A stretch of 57,474 nucleotides of DNA, from NCBI GenBank assembly GCA_964543655.1, contig CAZIZE010000096.1, forward strand, positions 1-57,474, read 5' to 3'. Source of the stretch: an uncultured bacterium. Its GTDB lineage: Bacteria; DYJV01. Under the pieces are notes generated by a model. That model made no database searches. It had not been told where the DNA came from and saw only the letters and a list, made by a program, of their open reading frames with translations. Made by a program: the position numbers and the translations under genes. Numbering within the stretch: the first letter of the stretch is position 1; the number at the start of each line of letters is the position of its first letter. Below are positions 51,114 through 57,474 of the stretch, piece after piece.

Positions 51114-53462
51114 TTACTTTAATTCAGCTATTGTTATTCCCATTCCACCACTAATATCAATAGGTGAGTAGAAATTTTTTACATATTGGCTGTTTTTCAA
51201 ATATTCATCAATTCCCTTTTTTAATCTGCCTGTACCTAATCCATGAATAATCTCAATTTTATCAGCTCCTTTTAAAATTGCATAATCAAGTAGTTTTTCT
51301 ACCTCTGAAATACCCTCATCAACAGTTTTGCCAATAATGTTTACACTAAGGAGCTTATTGCTACTACTGTATGAGTAAAAATTTTGCTTCTTTTCCTCTG
51401 TAACTTCAATAGGGATTAATTCTCTATAATCAAGAAATAGCTTTAAGTTGTTCTCAAAAATAACTTCAATTTTCTCTTTCTCAATATCTATATTGCTGAC
51501 TCTTCCATTAACTCCTGTTTTTACATGTTTGACAACTTTACCTACATAAAAGTCTGTTATACTATAATCTAATTTTTTCTTTTTTTCAATTCTTCTTAAT
51601 AAAGTTTTTTTTATTTTTGATTCAAGTCTCTTTTTTCTCTCCATTAATTTAGCGTACTCTTTTGCACTAAGAACAGGTTTTACCTCATTATTTAAAAATT
51701 TTTCAAGCTCTGAAATAGCTTTTTCATACTTTTTATTATACTTTTCCTTTAATTTCTCAATTATATTATTTTTTTCAACAGATATTTTCTCTTTTAATCT
51801 CAAATATTTTTGCCTTTCTATTTTCACTTGTTGTCTTTCCAAAATAATGGCTCTCTCCTTTTCAAGTAATTCTTTTTTCAAATTATCAATATCTATAAGT
51901 TGTTTTAAAAATTCTGATGAAGTTTCATTGTAAAATTGTTTACTAAGCTCTATTACTTCTCTGTTAAAGTTAAGTTTCTCTGCAATGCTAATGCCATAAC
52001 TATGACCTGATACCCCATAGATTAATCTATACTGTGGCTTAATGCTTTTTTCATTAAATGCAACAGACACGTTTTCTACTTCATTGTAAATGTAGTTTAA
52101 ATATTTCAAATCCTCAATATGACTCGTTATTGCAGCAAAGGAGCCCTTTTTTATAAAAAATTCAATTAATGCTCTACCAATTGCAGCACCATCTTTTGGG
52201 TCAGTGCCAGTGCCTAATTCATCAATAATAATAAGAGTATTATGGTCACATTCATTGAGAAATGAGTTTATATTGGTAATATGTGCAGAAAATGTGCTCA
52301 AATCAGATGAAATATCCTGTTCATCCCCAATATCAATAAATATTTTGTTGAAAAATTTAATTTTGCTTTTTTCAGAAACAGGCACAGGAATGCCACATTT
52401 AGCCATTAAAGTAATAAGACCAAGTGTTTTTAGTGCAACAGTTTTTCCACCAGTGTTTGCACCAGTAATAATTAGAATCTTTTTATTCTCAAATAGTAAG
52501 TCCACAGGCACAACCTTTTTGCCATGTATTAACAGTAAAGGATTGTAAGCATTAAATATTTTGTTTTCATTTTCGTTTAGAGCAACAGGTGTAAAATTAA
52601 ATTTTTTTGCCATTTTAGCTTTGGCAACTTTAAAGTCTATAGTAATAAGTGTCTTATAAGATTGATCTATTTCATAAAAATTATTCTTAATCTCTTCAGT
52701 GATTTCAGTGAGTATTCTTATTTTTTCATTATACTCTTCTTGGTGAAGATAGGCCAGTTTGTTGTTCAACTGTACAACAAAGTCTGGTTCCACAAAAATT
52801 GTATTTCTTGTTGAAGAATAATCTTGAATTATCCCTTTTACTCTTTGAGCAAAGTTTGGTTTTAATGGAATTACATATCTATTATTTCTTATTGTAACAA
52901 TTGTTTCCTGTATAATGTTTGTAAAATAACCTGAGAATAAAAATTCATTAAGTTTATCAAGAATCTGATTCCTTGTATCTCTGATTTTGCTTCTAATAGA
53001 TTTTAACTCCATACTGGCACTATCTCTAAATTCACCTAATTCATCAAAAGTAGTTTCAATGAGATTTTCAAAGTATTTAAAATAATTAAGTTTATTAGTA
53101 TATTTAATTTTTATTCTGTAAAAATCATCATCAAGCTTTTCAAGTAAGCTTTTTACAGCTCCAGTAATTTTAAAGAGATTTAAAAGTTTTAAGAATTCTG
53201 AAGGTTGCAAAAACCCTCCCTCTTTTTTTAACAAAATAAAAATATTTGACATATCCTCTATTTCAATATCAGGAAAGCTCTCATTGTTAATTATTTTTAA
53301 AAAATCAGAAACCTCTTCAATTTCGTCATTTGCCTCATCTATTGAATTAAAAGGTTTTAATTTCTTTATATTTTCTACATTAGGCTCTGCTTTTGAAAAT
53401 TTTAAAATTGTATTGAGAACTTCATCAAATTGAAGGCTCTTTACTATTTTTTCGAAACCCAT
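51114..53462 (-). CDS. mutS2: MutS2 (ribosome collision factor/endonuclease) with Smr domain
   Basis: ITGANTGGKT, DIGDEQ...LSTFSAH, DELGTGTDP, C-terminal IIHGLGTGRL. Confidence 0.95.
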   Translation of the reverse strand: MGFEKIVKSLQFDEVLNTILKFSKAEPNVENIKKLKPFNSIDEANDEIEEVSDFLKIINNESFPDIEIEDMSNIFILLKKEGGFLQPSEFLKLLNLFKITGAVKSLLEKLDDDFYRIKIKYTNKLNYFKYFENLIETTFDELGEFRDSASMELKSIRSKIRDTRNQILDKLNEFLFSGYFTNIIQETIVTIRNNRYVIPLKPNFAQRVKGIIQDYSSTRNTIFVEPDFVVQLNNKLAYLHQEEYNEKIRILTEITEEIKNNFYEIDQSYKTLITIDFKVAKAKMAKKFNFTPVALNENENKIFNAYNPLLLIHGKKVVPVDLLFENKKILIITGANTGGKTVALKTLGLITLMAKCGIPVPVSEKSKIKFFNKIFIDIGDEQDISSDLSTFSAHITNINSFLNECDHNTLIIIDELGTGTDPKDGAAIGRALIEFFIKKGSFAAITSHIEDLKYLNYIYNEVENVSVAFNEKSIKPQYRLIYGVSGHSYGISIAEKLNFNREVIELSKQFYNETSSEFLKQLIDIDNLKKELLEKERAIILERQQVKIERQKYLRLKEKISVEKNNIIEKLKEKYNKKYEKAISELEKFLNNEVKPVLSAKEYAKLMERKKRLESKIKKTLLRRIEKKKKLDYSITDFYVGKVVKHVKTGVNGRVSNIDIEKEKIEVIFENNLKLFLDYRELIPIEVTEEKKQNFYSYSSSNKLLSVNIIGKTVDEGISEVEKLLDYAILKGADKIEIIHGLGTGRLKKGIDEYLKNSQYVKNFYSPIDISGGMGITIAELK

Positions 53463-54019
53463 TTATTCCCCTTTATATAAAATCTTTTTAAAAGCTCTTT
53501 CCCTTTAGAAATACCAATTCTTGTAGTTTCAACAATTTCAAAATGCTTTTTATTTGAATTATCCATAATAAAGATTCTTTCCATGTTTAATCTGGTAAAA
53601 TTAAATGATTTATCTATACCAAGGGCAGTTGTAAGCTTTGCAGGACCATTGGTGAGATTGTAAATATTATTGCATTTTCTTCTCTCTTTCATAATATCTA
53701 TACCTTCAACAGGCTCTAAGGCTCTAATAAAAACTGAAGAGGGATAATCTTTAACTGAAGTAACAATATTTAATAGAAAAAATTTACCATAGATTAAGTA
53801 AACATAAACAATTCCACCTTCTTCAAATATAGGTTTGTTTCTTTCTGTTTTTCCTATAAATCCATGAGATGCTGGATCATCAAAACCTTCGTAACTCTCT
53901 GTTTCCACTATTATCCCGGAGGTTGTTTTATTGTTGATTTTGGTAATGAGGATTTTACCAAGAATTTCTTTTGCAACTATATCAGACGATTGTCTGAAAT
54001 TGCTATAATAACTATTCAT
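53444..54019 (-). CDS. mpg: DNA-3-methyladenine glycosylase (AAG/Mpg family)
   Basis: IVETESY, DPASH, YVYLIYG, IRALEP, GPAKL, RIGIS; start uncertain (54019 or 54055). Confidence 0.92.
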   Translation of the reverse strand: MNSYYSNFRQSSDIVAKEILGKILITKINNKTTSGIIVETESYEGFDDPASHGFIGKTERNKPIFEEGGIVYVYLIYGKFFLLNIVTSVKDYPSSVFIRALEPVEGIDIMKERRKCNNIYNLTNGPAKLTTALGIDKSFNFTRLNMERIFIMDNSNKKHFEIVETTRIGISKGKELLKRFYIKGNKWVSKK

Positions 54020-54163
54020 GGAATGTAAATTATCAGTTATAAATTTTTTTATCAAGTTTTTATTAATGAAACATGATGATTATTGGTTGTTGGTGGTTTT
54101 TTGTTGGAGAAAAATGTTACTCGCAATAATATGGTTAAGAAATTTATATTTAAAAGTTTAAAT

Positions 54164-54952
54164 CTATTTAACTGCTATAAATTCAAGACGTTTCATTTTC
54201 ACTAAAATCCTTCCTTTTTCATCAGGTAAATGATTTTTCGAATAGTTTTTAGCAATTAAATTGATAAATTTATCTTGCAAATGCTCTGGTATCTGATTTA
54301 AATATGGCAACCAGGTTGTTCTAATCCAACCTTTGAAATATTCAATATTTTCATGAACCATAATTTTCGGAATAATTTTGATATAAATAATTTTAAAATT
54401 GTTCAATTTTAACATTGAACTATACTCATCAACTGAAAAAAAACTATAGGGAAAAGTAAAATCTTCAAAAAATTTTTTCCATGGGTTAAATTTAGTAATT
54501 TCATTTATAACGTTTATAACTTCTAAAGCATTACCCTTTCCACCCATTTGAACAACAGCCTTTCCTCTATGTTTTAAAGCATTATAAATCCCCTGTAAAA
54601 CTGGATTGTGATCTTTAATCCAGTGAAGGGCTGCATTAGAAAAAACTATGTCAAATTCTTCAAAAAAATTCAAATCAGATGCGTCCATAATTTTAAAATT
54701 AAGATTTGGATATTTTGTATGAGGATAATTTTTGCAAGCAAGGTTAATCATGTTTTCAGAATTGTCAATTGCAACAACTTTTCCATTTGGGAGATTTTGA
54801 GCAATTTCTGCACTAATTTTACCATCACCACAGCCAATATCAAGAATAGATTCATTGCCATTTAATTTAAGTTTATTGATTAACTCTTTTGCCCACTTTT
54901 TTTGTGAAAATGAGTGTTTTTCATAATCTTCTGCATTCCATTTATACTTCAT
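54164..54952 (-). CDS. Class I SAM-dependent methyltransferase (Tam-like)
   Basis: WNAEDY, LDIGCGDG, FSNAALHW, WIRTTWLPY. Confidence 0.88.
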   Translation of the reverse strand: MKYKWNAEDYEKHSFSQKKWAKELINKLKLNGNESILDIGCGDGKISAEIAQNLPNGKVVAIDNSENMINLACKNYPHTKYPNLNFKIMDASDLNFFEEFDIVFSNAALHWIKDHNPVLQGIYNALKHRGKAVVQMGGKGNALEVINVINEITKFNPWKKFFEDFTFPYSFFSVDEYSSMLKLNNFKIIYIKIIPKIMVHENIEYFKGWIRTTWLPYLNQIPEHLQDKFINLIAKNYSKNHLPDEKGRILVKMKRLEFIAVK

Positions 54953-55031
54953 AATTTAACTATAATTGTTTTGTAATATAAAATCAATTTAATTATTTGA
55001 AAAAATTCAGAGCATATGGTAGTTATCTGGA

Positions 55032-56270
55032 ATGAGAGTTTTGTATATTCTTTCACAGAAACCTGGTAATACAGGTAGTGGAATATATTTAAAATATATT
55101 ACAAGAGAAGCTTTAAAACATGGTATTGATTTAAGGGTTGTTGTAGGTATTACTGAGCATAGTGATCTGGAAAACATCTCCCATATACCAGAAGATAAAA
55201 TCTATCCTGTCTATTTTGGAAAACATACAAAATTTACAATTGCTGGAATGAGCGATGTTATGCCATATGAAAGTATCAAATTTTCATCTTTTAATGAAAA
55301 AATGTTCAAAGATTATATAGATGTGTTTGCCAATGTTTTTAACAAAGTAAGGTACAATTGGGAACCTGATATTGTTCATTCTAACCATTTGTGGATAGCA
55401 ACTGCACTTGCAATAAAAATTTTTGATAATGTTCCTGTAATTGCATCTTGCCACGGTACAGCATTGAGACAAAGTGTGTTAGCACCTTTTATTGAGAAGA
55501 AGATTTATTCTGATTTGCAGAAAATAAGCTGTGTGCTTGCATTAACAGAGGAACAAAAAGCAAAAATTATTAACTGGCTTAAATTAGACTCAAAGAAAGT
55601 AATTGTTACAGGAAGTGGTTATGCTAATGATATTTTTTGTCCAGTAGAAAAAAAATTTAAACATAGAAACTATTTTAAAATTATCTATGCAGGAAAGGTA
55701 AGCTTTTCTAAAGGAGTGCCTTGTCTAATATCAGCTTTTAAAAAGTTAAATCCTAAGTTTTCTTCAAAAACTTTCCTTTATATTGCTGGAGATTTTAATA
55801 ATATAGAAGCTATGCAAATAATGAAATTAGCAGAATCCTCTAAAAACATTATTTTTTTAGGTAAATTATCCCAGGAACAACTTGCAGAAAAGTTTAGAGA
55901 TTCTCATCTGTTTATTTTGCCATCTTTTTTTGAAGGTCTTCCTCTTGTTGTAATAGAATCACTTGCATGCGGTTGTGCTGCGATTGTTACAAAATTGCCA
56001 GATATTGAAGCATGGATACATAGAGATTTAATAGAAAATGGAGTGATTAAACTTGTCCCCTTGCCAAGGTTAAAATCTATTGATGAACCGGTTGACAGTG
56101 ATATAGAAGGTTTTATAGATAAGCTGAAAGATTCTATTGAGCATTATGCGGAAAGTTTTTTTAAAAATAAGTTCCCAGATACATTAAAATTTTTCAATTA
56201 TATATCAGAGCATTCTTTTGAAAATCTTTTTAAAAAAATATTCAAAATTTATCAAAGGTTTATAATATGA
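55032..56270 (+). CDS. Glycosyltransferase family 4
   Basis: QKPGNTGSG, HSNHLW, YAGKVSFSKG, PSFFEGLPLVVIESLACG (EX7E). Confidence 0.9.
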   Translation: MRVLYILSQKPGNTGSGIYLKYITREALKHGIDLRVVVGITEHSDLENISHIPEDKIYPVYFGKHTKFTIAGMSDVMPYESIKFSSFNEKMFKDYIDVFANVFNKVRYNWEPDIVHSNHLWIATALAIKIFDNVPVIASCHGTALRQSVLAPFIEKKIYSDLQKISCVLALTEEQKAKIINWLKLDSKKVIVTGSGYANDIFCPVEKKFKHRNYFKIIYAGKVSFSKGVPCLISAFKKLNPKFSSKTFLYIAGDFNNIEAMQIMKLAESSKNIIFLGKLSQEQLAEKFRDSHLFILPSFFEGLPLVVIESLACGCAAIVTKLPDIEAWIHRDLIENGVIKLVPLPRLKSIDEPVDSDIEGFIDKLKDSIEHYAESFFKNKFPDTLKFFNYISEHSFENLFKKIFKIYQRFII

Positions 56271-57175
56271 TTTTTTTAAAAGTTATTCTTCCTATATTTA
56301 TAATCATAGGAGTTGGTTACTTCTTTGAAAAAGTAAAATCACCAGATTTTAAATCTATCTCTGATTTAACTCTATATTTTCTAACCCCTTGCTTGATATT
56401 TGAAGGTTTACTTAAAAGTCATGAAAATATTTCATCCTTTGTTCCCAAAGCAATATTTTTTATGATTCTTCTAACATTGTTATTGTGGCTGCTATCCACT
56501 ATAACAGGATACTTTATGAAATTAGATTTTATGGAGAAAAGTGCTCTATCGCTCGCTACAGTTATGATGAATACAGGAAACTTTGGAATCCCCTTAATAA
56601 TGTTTGCTTTTGGAGACAAAGGTTTAACTTATGCAATTATTATTTTAGTAATGTTTACTTTTCCACTTGGAACACTTGCAGTGTTTATTGCTTCAAGGGG
56701 AAAAAGTTCAATAAAAAAATCTTTATTAGAAATTGTACGAGTGCCATTATTTCATTCAATTTTAATAGCTGTTGTTTTTAAATATTTTAATATTACCCTA
56801 CCCCAATTAATTATGAAGCCTCTTATTCTTATGGGAGAGGCTGCAATTCCAGCGTTATTAATTTTACTCGGAATGCAACTTGCCAGAACTGATTTAAAAA
56901 CCAATTTTAAACCAATTGCAGGAAGCTGTGTTATAAGACTTTTAATTTCTCCAATAATAGCTTTTTTTCTCTGCTTGTTACTAAATATTCATGGAATGCC
57001 AGCAAAAATTTTAATAATCCAGACAAGTACACCATCTGCAATAATTCCTCTACTCTATTCTATAAATTACAACACAAGGCCTGATATTGTGGCAGGTACA
57101 ATTTTCTTTTCAACTATTTTCAGTGCTGTTACTTTAACAATTTTAATGTATATCCTTGGGGTAAATGTTTTATAA
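56267..57175 (+). CDS. AEC (auxin efflux carrier) family transporter
   Basis: ~10 TM helices, PCLIF, NTGNFGIP, PALLILLGMQL, RLLISP. Confidence 0.9.
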   Translation: MIFLKVILPIFIIIGVGYFFEKVKSPDFKSISDLTLYFLTPCLIFEGLLKSHENISSFVPKAIFFMILLTLLLWLLSTITGYFMKLDFMEKSALSLATVMMNTGNFGIPLIMFAFGDKGLTYAIIILVMFTFPLGTLAVFIASRGKSSIKKSLLEIVRVPLFHSILIAVVFKYFNITLPQLIMKPLILMGEAAIPALLILLGMQLARTDLKTNFKPIAGSCVIRLLISPIIAFFLCLLLNIHGMPAKILIIQTSTPSAIIPLLYSINYNTRPDIVAGTIFFSTIFSAVTLTILMYILGVNVL

Positions 57176-57247
57176 AAGAATTGTAAAAAAATAGTATTTA
57201 AAGTCTTGACAAATGTGATATTTTATGCAAATAAGGTCATCTCCAAA

Positions 57248-57339
57248 GGAGGAGTGGCCGAGTGGTTGAAGGCGGCGGTCTTGAAAACCGTTGAGCCCTT
57301 AGCGGGGTTCCGTGGGTTCGAATCCTACCTCCTCCGCCA
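57248..57339 (+). tRNA. tRNA-Ser(UGA)
   Basis: Acceptor GGAGGAG/CTCCTCC, anticodon arm GCGGT-CTTGAAA-ACCGT, long variable arm, GTTCGAATC, G73, encoded CCA. Confidence 0.97.
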
Positions 57340-57373
57340 TTTTGTTCATTATTTACATTTCTCAGATTTTATA

Positions 57374-57470
<97 letters not shown>

Positions 57471-57474
57471 ACAA

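Noticed and set aside
731-56781. Numerous 60-150-aa antisense or alternate-frame ORFs inside known genes (e.g. 1183-1563, 5855-6304, 24419-24772, 37390-37758, 42683-43072, 52204-52548)
   Set aside because: They are shadow ORFs of well-supported genes and have no motifs or translation signals.
57248-57339. Possible tRNA-Sec or suppressor because of 'TGA' and the long arm
   Set aside because: Anticodon UGA reads UCA (Ser); tRNA-Sec needs anticodon UCA and an 8-bp acceptor stem.

Overview
This is a very AT-rich bacterial chromosomal window from an anaerobic, motile, diderm organism (msbA, GT9, cheV, MCP, sigma54 activator); the lineage cannot be fixed from the sequence alone. It is mostly housekeeping and metabolic: recR, porCDAB directly followed by a HydCBA/NuoEFG-like flavin-FeS module with no catalytic domain, pcrA, apgM-thrC, purMN, crcB, queC, cobB, Pit/DUF47, aspS, acpS, cheV, an amidase, uvrA, msbA, thpR, cinA, mutS2, mpg and two tRNA-Ser genes. 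Five features are not evident from the ORF track. (1) A chlD/bchD-type chelatase gene is split by an A10G-stop slippery site with an open -1 frame, giving a ChlI-like 359-aa product and a ChlD-like ~646-aa product. (2) Two copies of a small non-autonomous element have 16-bp terminal inverted repeats, 5-bp target-site duplications and an internal REP-like palindrome; one splits a perfect 10-bp hairpin. (3) A near-consensus sigma28 promoter drives a stand-alone small Gln/Asn/Met-rich protein. (4) There are candidate Crp/Fnr- and GntR-type operator palindromes. (5) A chemoreceptor carries a periplasmic CxxCH and an extra C-terminal domain. No CRISPR array, prophage or transposase was seen. All calls come from reading motifs by eye; no database searches were run.
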